Of a stretch of 64,000 bases of DNA, positions 24,468 to 34,520 are shown one piece after another. The notes under the pieces are model-generated. The model had not been told where the DNA came from and did not search any database. It saw nothing but the letters and a program-made list of their open reading frames with translations. Source of the DNA: a virus. Lineage: Duplodnaviria > Caudoviricetes. The first letter of the stretch is position 1; every line of letters begins with the position of its first letter. The stretch covers positions 1-64,000 of IMG/VR virus record IMGVR_UViG_3300049458_000012. The stretch is one strand, 5' to 3'. Both the position numbers and the translations under genes were made by a program.

Positions 24468-26230
24468 TTCGCGCTGCCGGCACTTTGTGTGTAGACCCCA
24501 ATGGCCACGTTCTATTGGTGCATCGGACAGACGGCCAGGGTTGGTCCACCCCCGGGGGTCACATAGAAGACGGCGAGTCTGCACAAAGGGCCGCGCAGCG
24601 CGAGCTGGAAGAAGAGACCAAGCACGAAGAGAAGCTCGAAGCCTTGCTGCCTTGGACTCGACGCATTAAAGATGGGGTAGATTTCACGACGTTCCTGGTC
24701 AAAGTGCCGGAACAGTTCACACCTCGGCTCGATGGCGAGCATGATCAGTTCCGTTGGGTCGATCGCCACGTGGCCCTGGACTCGATGGAGCTGCATCCGG
24801 GTGTGAAGGTGGCCCTGCTGCTCCCGGATCTGGATGAGTTAGGGGTTGCGAAGGCGATCCGGGCGGGGGAGCTGATGAGCCCCTGGCGGTACAAGAATGT
24901 GCTGTTGATCGCGTTGCGCATCACGGGCACCGGAGCCGCATACCGTTTGGCGGAGAAGGAGTTCGTTTGGCGGGATGAGTCGTTGTATCTGAACGATGAG
25001 TTCCTGCAACGGTGCAATGGGCTGCCGGTTATCTGGGTGCACCCGGAAAATAAACCGCAGCTCAACTCCAAAGAATTCCACGACCGTATCGTGGGAACCG
25101 TTTTTCTGCCCTACATACTCGAAAACGAGGTGTGGGGCATTGCCAAGATCTATGACGACGGAGCGATGGCGGTGTTGGAGGAAAACACGCCCAAGCTGTC
25201 CACCTCTCCATGCGTTGTACTGCGGCCTGATGGCAGCAGCAGTAAGTATCGGCTGCAGGATGGATCGATCATTTTGATCGAAGGCAAGCCTGCCCTCCTG
25301 GACCATCTCGCGATTGTTGAAGTCGGAGTTTGGGACAAGGCGGGTGAACCGTCCGGTGTACTCAATCAACTAGAGGATCCAAAAATGCCCGAAGCAACAC
25401 TTGCGCCTGCCGCTGCTGCGCCTCCTGGAGAGGCAAAGTCCGACAGTGACGTGAAACTCGACAAGATTCTTACTCACATGGACTCCTTCCAGGTGTCGCA
25501 CAAAGCTCTCGCGGATGGCCAAGCGGCGCTTTGCTCCCGGATGGATGCCTTCGAAGCGGCTCACAAGCCCGCGGAAGGTAAGGAGCCCGTGGCCCCCGCT
25601 GCTGTCGCTCCGGGCGGAGAAGCCGCACCTTTGGCCGTGGACCGTAAGGACGGAGAAGCGCAGCCCGGCAAAGAGAGCGAAGGTGCCGCACTGGCATCCG
25701 AGCGCGATCCCAATCACCTTCAACCAGCGGACAGTGCCATGGCGGACAGCAACTCGAAGCGCATCAACGAACTCGAAGCGCAGATCAAGACGATGAACCA
25801 GCGCATCCCGACCGACATGCCGGAAGAAGACCGGCTGAAATTCGTCGCGGTGCAGGAGCGCGCCGAGCGTGTTGCGCAGGCGTTCGGTGATGCCCAGGGC
25901 GCCCCTCGTTGGCTCCATGGGGAAACGCTCGATCAGTATCGGCGCCGGATGGCCAACAAGTTCCGCACGCACAGCCCCGCGTGGAAGGACATCGACATCA
26001 CGCCGTTCGCTGGGGCGACGCTCGTGCCGGTGGAAACTCAGATCTACGCAGACGCGATGAATGCAGCAATGCACCCCTCGTCGGTGGAGGGTGGGCAGCT
26101 GCGCCAGGTGATTGAGCAGGACGCTACGGGCCGCCGCATCAAGAACTTTTACGGTGACCCGGAAGTGACGTGGGGACCTTTCAAACTCCATCCGCGACTC
26201 GTGTCCGATCTTCGCACCAAGTTCAACTGA
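24464..26230 (+). CDS. NUDIX hydrolase fused to a DUF2213-like prohead protease and scaffold
   Basis: Nudix box PGGHIEDGESAQRAAQRELEEET; NGLPVIWVHP and LLDHLAIVEVGVWDK protease-like motifs; low-complexity/coiled-coil C-terminus. Confidence 0.8.
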   Translation: MIRAAGTLCVDPNGHVLLVHRTDGQGWSTPGGHIEDGESAQRAAQRELEEETKHEEKLEALLPWTRRIKDGVDFTTFLVKVPEQFTPRLDGEHDQFRWVDRHVALDSMELHPGVKVALLLPDLDELGVAKAIRAGELMSPWRYKNVLLIALRITGTGAAYRLAEKEFVWRDESLYLNDEFLQRCNGLPVIWVHPENKPQLNSKEFHDRIVGTVFLPYILENEVWGIAKIYDDGAMAVLEENTPKLSTSPCVVLRPDGSSSKYRLQDGSIILIEGKPALLDHLAIVEVGVWDKAGEPSGVLNQLEDPKMPEATLAPAAAAPPGEAKSDSDVKLDKILTHMDSFQVSHKALADGQAALCSRMDAFEAAHKPAEGKEPVAPAAVAPGGEAAPLAVDRKDGEAQPGKESEGAALASERDPNHLQPADSAMADSNSKRINELEAQIKTMNQRIPTDMPEEDRLKFVAVQERAERVAQAFGDAQGAPRWLHGETLDQYRRRMANKFRTHSPAWKDIDITPFAGATLVPVETQIYADAMNAAMHPSSVEGGQLRQVIEQDATGRRIKNFYGDPEVTWGPFKLHPRLVSDLRTKFN

Positions 26231-26311
26231 GTTTCTCTTCCCCTCACTTCACATCCAATCGTTGTGCGCCGTTACGCGCACCCCGGCTAACCGGGTCAGG
26301 AGTTTACTATC

Positions 26312-26941
26312 ATGCCAGGCATCACAATCAACCCGGCCCTGATGAGCAATGCAGCCGGGGGTTTCTTCACGTCCAGCGATGGCTATGTGCAAGGAACCGC
26401 ACTCGATAGCCCAACTGCGCGGTTCGGGCTCATTGCGGGGTTTGTTGCCCCCGCGCAGCAGTCCCCTCTTTGGGGTGGAATGGCCGTCAAGGATTCTCTC
26501 CCGGCAGCGGGCGTAGAAGCGCAGGCCATGGGCCACGGGCTCGTGCTCGCGGCGAACGCAGCGGAGATCACGGGCTTCACGGTCTTTGATCAGTCGCTGG
26601 CCATGATCCAGTCGCCTCAGTCGCAGTGCCCACTCGCGCCCGCAGGGGATGGCACGAAACCGGGCGGCGCGATCAACTTCTATCGCATGGGCTCGGGTGC
26701 ACGCATCGCGGTGCAGCTCGATCAAGCGGTGGCCGGAGCCCTCGCGGGCGCGCTGTCCAACGTGGCGGTGTACTGGGACTATGTGAACCAGAAGCTGTTG
26801 TCCGCTCCAGGCGGCACAGCGATCCCGGTGAAGTTGGTTGGCCTCGATACCCAGGGCAACTCGAAGATCGTGAGTTACAGCTCGGTCACCGGGTTCGCCA
26901 ACTGGACCGAAACGGGCTTCTGCGCCATCATCCAGATCTGA
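26312..26941 (+). CDS. Head decoration / cement protein
   Basis: Between scaffold and capsid; PLWGGMAV and YWDYVNQKL motifs of Bcep781-like head proteins. Confidence 0.65.
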   Translation: MPGITINPALMSNAAGGFFTSSDGYVQGTALDSPTARFGLIAGFVAPAQQSPLWGGMAVKDSLPAAGVEAQAMGHGLVLAANAAEITGFTVFDQSLAMIQSPQSQCPLAPAGDGTKPGGAINFYRMGSGARIAVQLDQAVAGALAGALSNVAVYWDYVNQKLLSAPGGTAIPVKLVGLDTQGNSKIVSYSSVTGFANWTETGFCAIIQI

Positions 26942-26989
26942 TTTCCGCACGACCTCTACACCCCAACATTCTTTCAGGAGTTTTCTTTC

Positions 26990-28009
26990 ATGGCAAATCT
27001 CGCAACTTCATGGGCGGTCGTGCACCCCTCCTTCATGGAGCCGGAGCTGATCCTCCAAATCAATCAGGCCTCGGGAGCGTTCGAAACGCTGGCCGGGGGC
27101 AACCCTCGCGTGAAGATCGGGTCCGAGGACAAGGCAGTGTACATGCGGCGCATTGGCGTTCGCACCTCCGTTCGCAGCAATCAGGCGTCCGGCAACCAAC
27201 TGCCTTCGTGTTCGGTTGTCCCGGGCATGATCTCCGCGCCCACGTACCTCAACCGCACCCGCGCTGAGTACGACCACCACGACACGGCGATGATGTCCGA
27301 GTGGGGCACCAACATCGTGGAGGCTCAGCGCCTCGCGATGCGCCAGGGGCACTTCCAACTCTTGCGCAACATGCTGCTGGCTGGCAACATCCCCGCGAAC
27401 GGCGAAGGACTGCTGAATGCCAACGGGGCAACCTCGGTCAACCTTCCGCCCGATAGCTTCGGGTTTTCGACTGCACGCACGTACGACAATGGCCAGATGG
27501 CCACGTTCTTGCTCACGCAGCTGCTCAACACCAAGGTCCGCACCATGCAGCTCGGTATGCCGCAGCGGTTCGTGATCCTGGGGCCGCAGCGCACGCTCGG
27601 ACTCTTCGAGTACGCGAACATTGTGCAGCTCACCTCGTACCAGCGGCCCGGAGCTGGCTCCACCACCACCGCGGGCGTCGTGAAGGACGTGGCGGGGCTG
27701 AATGGGGACATTGTTGAGTGGACGTATGACGACACCCTGGCCAATTACAGCGGTGCGGGCATCGACACGATCATCATCACAATGCCCGAGGTGAAGAACC
27801 CGCGCGCCCACAACATCAACACCAACGAGTTCGGCTCCCTCACCCCCGGCCAAGTGGCCTGCACGCTGCAGTACACCGACATGGCCGCGCCGAAGGAGAT
27901 CCCGACTCCGCTACCCGGTGGAGCGATTGACGTGGTGTCGGAGCTTCGCGCCAGCCCGGGTTGGGCCATCCGTCCGGAGGCGGTAACGATTGTCGCGATG
28001 ACCTATTGA
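26990..28009 (+). CDS. Major capsid protein
   Basis: 339 aa; strong RBS; position; GEGLLNANG motif; ends PGWAIRPEAV. Confidence 0.8.
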   Translation: MANLATSWAVVHPSFMEPELILQINQASGAFETLAGGNPRVKIGSEDKAVYMRRIGVRTSVRSNQASGNQLPSCSVVPGMISAPTYLNRTRAEYDHHDTAMMSEWGTNIVEAQRLAMRQGHFQLLRNMLLAGNIPANGEGLLNANGATSVNLPPDSFGFSTARTYDNGQMATFLLTQLLNTKVRTMQLGMPQRFVILGPQRTLGLFEYANIVQLTSYQRPGAGSTTTAGVVKDVAGLNGDIVEWTYDDTLANYSGAGIDTIIITMPEVKNPRAHNINTNEFGSLTPGQVACTLQYTDMAAPKEIPTPLPGGAIDVVSELRASPGWAIRPEAVTIVAMTY

Positions 28010-28027
28010 GGTTTTGCGGCAACTTTC

Positions 28028-28067
28028 AAAACGCCCATTCGATCCCTGTGAAGGGGTGGGCGTTGTA
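28028..28067 (+). terminator. Hairpin downstream of the capsid gene
   Basis: AACGCCCAT...GTGGGCGTT stem. Confidence 0.35.
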
Positions 28068-28096
28068 CTTCAGCAAGTTCTAAAGGAGAACTTCAC

Positions 28097-28642
28097 ATGC
28101 CCAAGCTTTTTGTAGCCAACACTAGCAAGCAGCACCATGACTTTGCGTATCGTTTGGCGGAAGACAAGAACATCCGCATCGAAACCATCCGCATCGGCTC
28201 ACAGGTGTGCGTCGGGGGAGACTCTCTCACCCATGAGATGATTGCGAAGATCATCGAGCAGCACGCCCCCTACGGCCTGCGAGATGCGAAGACTCTCTCC
28301 GGGGTGAAGGATTTCGTCGGCCTGTGCTATAGCATCGACAAGCCCGTGCCGATGGACAACATGCTGGTGTTGTTCGAGAAGAATGACGTGGTGCTGAATG
28401 ATCGCGCAGCCGATCGGCGTGAAGACATCGCGGCATCGATCGCCCACAACACCCAGGCGCAGATGGAAGGCGCCGACGTCACGCTGCAGCGCACCGAGGT
28501 CGAGATCGAGGAGCAGACGAAGGACGGCGCACCGAAGGTGAATGAAGGGTTCGAGGTGACGGGCGACGGAGTGACCCCACGACACCCCGGGCGCACTGGG
28601 CGTCGAGATAAGCGCGGAGGATCGCGGAGCGCACGCACGTGA
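28097..28642 (+). CDS. Virion structural protein (hypothetical)
   Basis: 181 aa; AAGGAG RBS; head-neck position. Confidence 0.65.
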   Translation: MPKLFVANTSKQHHDFAYRLAEDKNIRIETIRIGSQVCVGGDSLTHEMIAKIIEQHAPYGLRDAKTLSGVKDFVGLCYSIDKPVPMDNMLVLFEKNDVVLNDRAADRREDIAASIAHNTQAQMEGADVTLQRTEVEIEEQTKDGAPKVNEGFEVTGDGVTPRHPGRTGRRDKRGGSRSART

Positions 28643-28788
28643 GTTCCAAAGGTGCGCCTCAGCAGCCCGCCAAGCACAGCACGCGGATTGAGTTGGACAC
28701 GTTCGAATCGGTTGATTTCGCCAATCGCCGCAACAAACGACGTCGCGCACGGGCCCTGGCGAAGGCATCTCGCCGCAAAAACCGCTGA
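28639..28788 (+). CDS. Small very basic peptide (49 aa; not in the ORF track)
   Basis: GTGA-coupled; ends NRRNKRRRARALAKASRRKNR. Confidence 0.55.
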   Translation: MSSKGAPQQPAKHSTRIELDTFESVDFANRRNKRRRARALAKASRRKNR

Positions 28789-28800
28789 AGAGGGGCCCTT

Positions 28801-29472
28801 ATGTTCGCCAACCCAACCAAACCCAACTTGGTCGATTACCTAGCATTTTTGTCGGGTAGCGTTCTGGTGGGCGTGCCTGCGGGAATATTCCCGAGCGTGG
28901 TTGGGTTGGTGACGGGCGGCACCCTTGGGTCATTGCTCGATACTGCCCAGGCTTGGACAGTGGACCAATGGCAAGGATACTCGATTATCGACTTGACGAA
29001 GAACACGCGGGCCGTTGTGGCGAGCAATGGCGCCACTTCCGCGATCTTCGTAACTGCGATGCCTGCGGCGCCCGTGCCCGGGGATCAATACGCCATTGCC
29101 CCGGGTTCAGCGCTGATGACGTTGGACGTAGCGGTGGCAACGGTGAACCCGGCTATCTGTGCTGCGTCCGCGGAGTTGTACACACTCGCGGTTTATAACT
29201 TGGCGACGGATAGGCTGTTCAATTACGCCCAAGACGTCCCTGGGCAAACGTTCTTCCGGGACCAACGCGGGAAGGACAAGCTGAACCTGTCTGCGTTCGC
29301 ACCGGGCGTGGTGGCCAGCAGTGGGGATGAAGGCAGCAGCACCTCATTGCTGAATCCGGAAGCAATGAAGCGGTTCACGCTGCGTGACTTACAGATGCTG
29401 AAAACCCCTTGGGGCCGCGAGTACATGGGCATTGCGCAAATGTACGGCGTCAACGTCTGGGGCCTCACGTGA
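28801..29472 (+). CDS. Head-tail adaptor (DUF4054-like)
   Basis: AVYNLA..L, G.VASSGDEGSSTS and KTPWGREYM motifs. Confidence 0.7.
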   Translation: MFANPTKPNLVDYLAFLSGSVLVGVPAGIFPSVVGLVTGGTLGSLLDTAQAWTVDQWQGYSIIDLTKNTRAVVASNGATSAIFVTAMPAAPVPGDQYAIAPGSALMTLDVAVATVNPAICAASAELYTLAVYNLATDRLFNYAQDVPGQTFFRDQRGKDKLNLSAFAPGVVASSGDEGSSTSLLNPEAMKRFTLRDLQMLKTPWGREYMGIAQMYGVNVWGLT

Positions 29473-29921
29473 AATTCGTGATGCACTTCGGTGTGCTGGT
29501 GCAGCCGTATCGAGTGAGCGGGAAGAAAGTGCGCGCCATGACCACGGGTGACGTCGCCAAAATTCTGGAAGACAAATACGGTGTCATGGCAGCCTTCTAC
29601 AAGGTACACGGCGCCGACGTCGTGGTGCCCGCGATGGAGGTGTCACTCGGTGGCGCAATGGAATCGCTCATGATGGGGCGCCCGGTGAACCCATGGGATC
29701 GGGGAGCGCAGATGATTCAAGCGGGCTTCCGGGACTTCATCTCTTCGCGGGAAGCGGAGCGAGTTGGTATTCCAGGGACTCCGACGAAAGCGGCGTTGGC
29801 GGGCGTGAATCACCGGCTCAAGCACCCTTACCGACGCCGCAATGCCTCTCGGCCTTCGTTCCGTGACACTGGGCTGTACATGAACAGCATGCGTGTTTGG
29901 GTGGAGAAGGTTGGCGTATGA
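29469..29921 (+). CDS. Neck / tail-completion protein
   Basis: RPSFRDTGLYMNSMRVWVE motif; GTG start overlaps the previous stop. Confidence 0.65.
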   Translation: MKFVMHFGVLVQPYRVSGKKVRAMTTGDVAKILEDKYGVMAAFYKVHGADVVVPAMEVSLGGAMESLMMGRPVNPWDRGAQMIQAGFRDFISSREAERVGIPGTPTKAALAGVNHRLKHPYRRRNASRPSFRDTGLYMNSMRVWVEKVGV

Positions 29922-30883
29922 CCTCGATCGGTGAAGCGGGTGATGTTCAGGGGCAAATGCTCGGCACGCTGCAAGCCGGGCGCGATTCCCTGGACCTCGA
30001 TCAAGAGGTCACTTTCAACAAATACTCTCGCGTTGTGCTGCCGCTGGACGGATACGTGTTTTGGGCCCCGGGCGCCCCCTTCGTCGCTAAGGGAGCGCTG
30101 CACTACTCGCAAGAGGTCGTGCAATCGGAAGACGAGACCCAAGGCTATGCGACGCTGACGTTCACCGCGCGAGATCCGATTGTGGAGTTCACCGCGGCCC
30201 CCTCCAATACGTTGTATGTGGCAACGGTGGACGGGTTCCGTTATTCCTTTTCGCAGCAGCAAGGCTTTTTCCAACAAGCGGCCCTGTGGCATTACTTCGG
30301 GCACTCGATCCCGCCCGCGTTGGCCGCGCAGTTGGTGGACAAGCCGGGGAGCATAGACCCGGATCGCGCTGTGGTGTCGAACTCCTTGCCGCTGTGGCTC
30401 GCGATGAACAACTATGTGTCGCCTTTCTATGACGGATTCTCGGATGCAGGCGTGCCGTTCGTAACGGCGCCACCCACGTTGTACCCGTCGTTTTTGGTGG
30501 AAGACAATAAGGTGCCTCCATATGGGGCGGTGCACATTGGGGAGGACGACACCCGCGCGTTGCAAGCGGCCCCTCTCCTCGATCGCAACCGCAGTCACTC
30601 TCAACTCGTTTCCGATCGCGTGCGCATCACGCTCTATGGGCTGCAAAATGACGAGGCAATGGACTTCCTCGACACCATCAATCAATACAGCTTGCTCACC
30701 GACAGCTTCGGCATCATGAATTCCCCCGTAGTGAGAGACGGGAAACGTAAACAGGAGGAGTTGAAAGCGGTCGCCATGAAGAAGGTGATCGATTTGGAAA
30801 TAAGTTACTACCAAACGCGCGCCGCGGCAGTGGCTCGACAGTTGATCTTATCGAGCATTCCGAGTTTTTTCCTGAAGTCTTGA
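29918..30883 (+). CDS. Head-tail joining / tail terminator protein
   Basis: Y.RVVLPLDGYVFW and VRITLYGLQN motifs of Bcep781-like neck proteins. Confidence 0.65.
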   Translation: MTSIGEAGDVQGQMLGTLQAGRDSLDLDQEVTFNKYSRVVLPLDGYVFWAPGAPFVAKGALHYSQEVVQSEDETQGYATLTFTARDPIVEFTAAPSNTLYVATVDGFRYSFSQQQGFFQQAALWHYFGHSIPPALAAQLVDKPGSIDPDRAVVSNSLPLWLAMNNYVSPFYDGFSDAGVPFVTAPPTLYPSFLVEDNKVPPYGAVHIGEDDTRALQAAPLLDRNRSHSQLVSDRVRITLYGLQNDEAMDFLDTINQYSLLTDSFGIMNSPVVRDGKRKQEELKAVAMKKVIDLEISYYQTRAAAVARQLILSSIPSFFLKS

Positions 30884-30911
30884 TCCCTTCACTCAATTCG
30901 AGGAGTTTGCC

Positions 30912-31274
30912 ATGCTCAGTTTCTTTTCCGTTGTCGCTGCAAAGCTCGCTGGCCTTCCCGGGATAATCAGCACGGTGCTTCTGTGGCGCGGAGGTCGCAC
31001 CGCTGTACTCAACGTGGCTGCCGCTGCCGCCATAAAGACCGGCCCCGGCACGCTCGTACGCATCGTTGTCGTCGTGGCGCCGACTGCGAACAACCTGACG
31101 GTGAACGATAACAACGTCACAGGTGGCACCAATGTGGCGGCCAACACCATTTTGGACGTCGCCTTCGGTGCACTGACCAAAGGCCAAGTGATCACGCTGG
31201 AGTGGCCGTGTGCGGTCGGCATCACGATCTCCTCCGTTGGAACGAATGGCGTGTATGCCGTGTCCTACACATAA
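30912..31274 (+). CDS. Small virion-associated protein
   Basis: 120 aa; beta-rich; AGGAG RBS. Confidence 0.55.
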   Translation: MLSFFSVVAAKLAGLPGIISTVLLWRGGRTAVLNVAAAAAIKTGPGTLVRIVVVVAPTANNLTVNDNNVTGGTNVAANTILDVAFGALTKGQVITLEWPCAVGITISSVGTNGVYAVSYT

Positions 31275-31286
31275 GGGTATCGCCCC

Positions 31287-31616
31287 ATGTTAATTCCAAC
31301 CGCAACGATCGGATTGGCAACGCCCGTGGGCAACGGCTTGACGGGCAATTCCGCCGTCATCAACACAGCCGGACTCTTCAAAGGTGTTGCCGGACTGAAG
31401 AGCGATCACGCGGGCACGCTGAGTGTCCAACGATACGCGGATGCCGCAGGAGTTGTTCCGGTGGGCGCACCACTGAGCGTGGCTGTGGCGGCCAATACGC
31501 CAATCGCAGTCGGTTGGTCGGAAGGACTGCCGTGTGGGTCCATCGTGATGACATTCGTCAATTCGGGTGGCGCAGCGGCCAACTTGACGAATGTCACCGT
31601 TAACCTGGGGCCATGA
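31287..31616 (+). CDS. Small beta-rich protein
   Basis: 109 aa. Confidence 0.55.
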   Translation: MLIPTATIGLATPVGNGLTGNSAVINTAGLFKGVAGLKSDHAGTLSVQRYADAAGVVPVGAPLSVAVAANTPIAVGWSEGLPCGSIVMTFVNSGGAAANLTNVTVNLGP

Positions 31617-31617
31617 A

Positions 31618-33153
31618 ATGAAATGCTTGCTTGCGTTGCTGCTCTGTGCGATGGCGCCGCTCGCGATGGCGGATCAATATTCACTGCCATACGGTTGGAC
31701 TGGAGGCAACGGGCTCCTCGGGCAATGTTTGACGAGCAATGGTTCGCTTCTGCCGCCATCGTTTCAAGCGTGTAGTGGCGGTGGAGGCGGGGGCGACGTC
31801 ACGCTCAACGGCACACAGACGCTCACCAATAAGACGATCGATGGTGCATCCAACACGCTGTTGAACATTCCCGCTGCGCAACTCGTCGGGTCTCTCAACG
31901 TCAGTGCCCTGTCCGGTCAACTCGGGGTTGCGAACGGCGGCACCAACCTCGCTTCGGGCCTCTCCGGTGGGCTGCTGTACTTCTCGGGCACAGGGACGAT
32001 TGCCAGCTCCGCGGCATTGACGGCGAACGCATTAATGCTCGGTGGAGGCGTTGGAAATGCCCCTGGCCCAATGGGCAGTTTGGGAACAACAATAACCCTC
32101 TTGCATGGCAATGCGTCGGGAGCCCCGACGTTTGGCCCGGTAAACTTCGCAACCGAGGGGACTGGGCTGTTGCCCGTGGCCAATGGCGGCAGCGGCGTTG
32201 GCACGCTCACGGGCCCAATAAAGGGCAATGGCACGAGCGCTTTCACCGCAGCAGCGGCAACCGATATGGTTGGGCTGTTCAGTGGTGGGTCCGCTACGTC
32301 TTCCTACTATCTAGCGGGTGACGGCACCAAACAACTGATCGCCTCGGGCGCCGCGGGAGGAAATCCAACTGCGACCACAGGGCTGACAGCAGTCAACGGA
32401 TCGGCCAATACGTTCTTACGTTCGGACGGCGCGCCCGCGTTGGATCAATCGATCACGCCGACTTGGACCGGTAACCACACGTGGTCCAAGGTTGAGCCTC
32501 GATTGATTGTGTGCGACACCGGGGGTGGAACCAACGGCAAATGTTTCGATATTGATGTCACGCCAACCTTGATTTCTATCCGCACACGCACGGACGCGGA
32601 CGGCGCTGGCGTCACTATTTTTTCAGCAACTCGCACAGGGTCCTCCACCGCTATCACGGGCATAGCGCTCGGGGCTCCAATTACGGTTTCAGGGTCCGGC
32701 ACCTCCACCCTCACGGGGCAGGCCACCGCGGATAAGTTCAATGCCACGGCTGCGACGAGTTCATCTTGTCCGGCGAACGGCATGTATCTTCCTGCTGGCA
32801 ACACGTTGGGGTTCTGCTCCAATACGGCAGAACGTTACCGCATCACGTCCGCTGGGATAAGCATCACGGCGGGAGGACTGAATCTAGCGGGCACAAAGCC
32901 CACGGTCACCGGCTGCACCAACAGCGCCACACTAGGCGGGGCAACCGCAGGGCAGTACACCTCCGGAACTACGGGGACGTGCAGTGTGACGCTGACCTTG
33001 CCTGCGGCCACGAACGGATATTCATGCTGGGCGCATGACGAAACCACGGCAGCGGATTATGTGCAGGCCGCCACTACGTCGAGCACCACGTTGTCCATCA
33101 CAGGCACCACGGTCTCGGGGGACATCGTTAAATGGGGCTGCATCCTTTACTAA
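31618..33153 (+). CDS. Gly/Thr-rich fiber/adhesin-like protein with an N-terminal signal peptide
   Basis: MKCLLALLLCAMAPLAMA-DQ; GTQTLTNKT and LPVANGG.G fiber motifs. Confidence 0.6.
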   Translation: MKCLLALLLCAMAPLAMADQYSLPYGWTGGNGLLGQCLTSNGSLLPPSFQACSGGGGGGDVTLNGTQTLTNKTIDGASNTLLNIPAAQLVGSLNVSALSGQLGVANGGTNLASGLSGGLLYFSGTGTIASSAALTANALMLGGGVGNAPGPMGSLGTTITLLHGNASGAPTFGPVNFATEGTGLLPVANGGSGVGTLTGPIKGNGTSAFTAAAATDMVGLFSGGSATSSYYLAGDGTKQLIASGAAGGNPTATTGLTAVNGSANTFLRSDGAPALDQSITPTWTGNHTWSKVEPRLIVCDTGGGTNGKCFDIDVTPTLISIRTRTDADGAGVTIFSATRTGSSTAITGIALGAPITVSGSGTSTLTGQATADKFNATAATSSSCPANGMYLPAGNTLGFCSNTAERYRITSAGISITAGGLNLAGTKPTVTGCTNSATLGGATAGQYTSGTTGTCSVTLTLPAATNGYSCWAHDETTAADYVQAATTSSTTLSITGTTVSGDIVKWGCILY

Positions 33154-33168
33154 GGTAGGAACGATACC

Positions 33169-34509
33169 ATGGCACTGACGCTTACGCTCTCTCCGCCAAG
33201 CCCCGCCAAAGTGGCGCCACCGCTGTCTTTCGGCAATTCGTTCGCGGATTCCTTGGGCGTGCTCAATTGCGGGTTGGTGGCGGATTATTTGTTTGGCTCC
33301 GCGGCCTCGGGTGCGGCACCCGTCATCCCCATCACCAGTGTTGCGGATCTCACTGCCAACTTCAATCCCCAGGCGGACGTCTCCGGGACCTCGGTGCAAG
33401 TTGAAGCCATCGAGCGCTATCAAGCCTTCAACGCCACCAATCACGCATTCGCCTCGGATCACCTCTCACTCACCGCAGCCCTAGAGGCGGGCGGCAATGC
33501 TGATGTGCTGCAGCTCGTTTCGAATGCGCCAACAACCGCTGCCACGGTCTTAAACTTCGCCAACACGGCAGGCGTACAAGACGGGCAGATTGTCGCGATT
33601 GCGGGCGCCTTCACCTCCAGTCTCGCGCGAGTTGTTTCGCATGATGCCACCACGGTCACGATCGGACAGAGCGTCACCATCGCCTCGGGCGTCACGGTTT
33701 ATTTTCTGCCTGCCTTTGTGCCTTCCGGTGCAGTAGCGGCCAGCAACAATGCGGTGCAGACCTACGCGAGCGTCCCCGCTGGAGTTGCAGCGGGCATGTT
33801 CTACAATAACATCACCGCGGGCACATTCGGCACCCGTCGAGTTGTGAGCCGGACCGGCACCACGATCACATACGATGCCCCTGTCTCACAGGCGGCGAGT
33901 GATTTTTGCATCCTCTCGCCCCCAATCACGAGTGGTCAGTTTTGGACCAAGGTTGGATACCAGCCGGGAAAGAACGGCGCCAACTACATCGCGATGGAGT
34001 TGACTTGCCAAATACCCGGCAACACGAAGCAAGGTGCATGGCCCGCTTTTTGGGGGTACTCCCGTTCATCCGAAGGCTTCAGCTTCGATGCGTCCGAACC
34101 CGATATCTTTGAATTCAATATGTGCGCCACCGCGAATGCGAGCGCATACAGCGGCAACATCCATGGCGGTTGGTATCAGCGCGAGGACTACAAGAAGTTC
34201 ATCGGAGTGCACAGCAGCTATTGGGATGCGTCGGGCTTTTACCGCCCCTCGGGCGCTCCAGACTACTCTGCCGCCCAGCACAAATTCCAGTTCATCTGGA
34301 CGTCCGATCGGATCTATTATTTCATTGACGGCATATTGATTAAGTGCCAGGTGTGGCCTTGGAGTTCGGCCTGCACCGCGCAGATTGGTTGCAATCTAGG
34401 GGCGGGAAGCTTCCTGCCAACTTACGTATCGGTGCTGCTCTTCCCCCTGTTGACTTCGCAATTCCCCTACTCGTATGACGTGTACGAGTTAAAAATTTGG
34501 CAAGGCTAA
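33169..34509 (+). CDS. Protein with a C-terminal GH16 (beta-glucanase-like) domain
   Basis: GAWPAFW, catalytic E-P-D-I-F-E (ExDxxE), HKFQFIWTSDRIYYFIDG. Confidence 0.8.
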   Translation: MALTLTLSPPSPAKVAPPLSFGNSFADSLGVLNCGLVADYLFGSAASGAAPVIPITSVADLTANFNPQADVSGTSVQVEAIERYQAFNATNHAFASDHLSLTAALEAGGNADVLQLVSNAPTTAATVLNFANTAGVQDGQIVAIAGAFTSSLARVVSHDATTVTIGQSVTIASGVTVYFLPAFVPSGAVAASNNAVQTYASVPAGVAAGMFYNNITAGTFGTRRVVSRTGTTITYDAPVSQAASDFCILSPPITSGQFWTKVGYQPGKNGANYIAMELTCQIPGNTKQGAWPAFWGYSRSSEGFSFDASEPDIFEFNMCATANASAYSGNIHGGWYQREDYKKFIGVHSSYWDASGFYRPSGAPDYSAAQHKFQFIWTSDRIYYFIDGILIKCQVWPWSSACTAQIGCNLGAGSFLPTYVSVLLFPLLTSQFPYSYDVYELKIWQG

Positions 34510-34520
34510 GGAGTTAGGTT

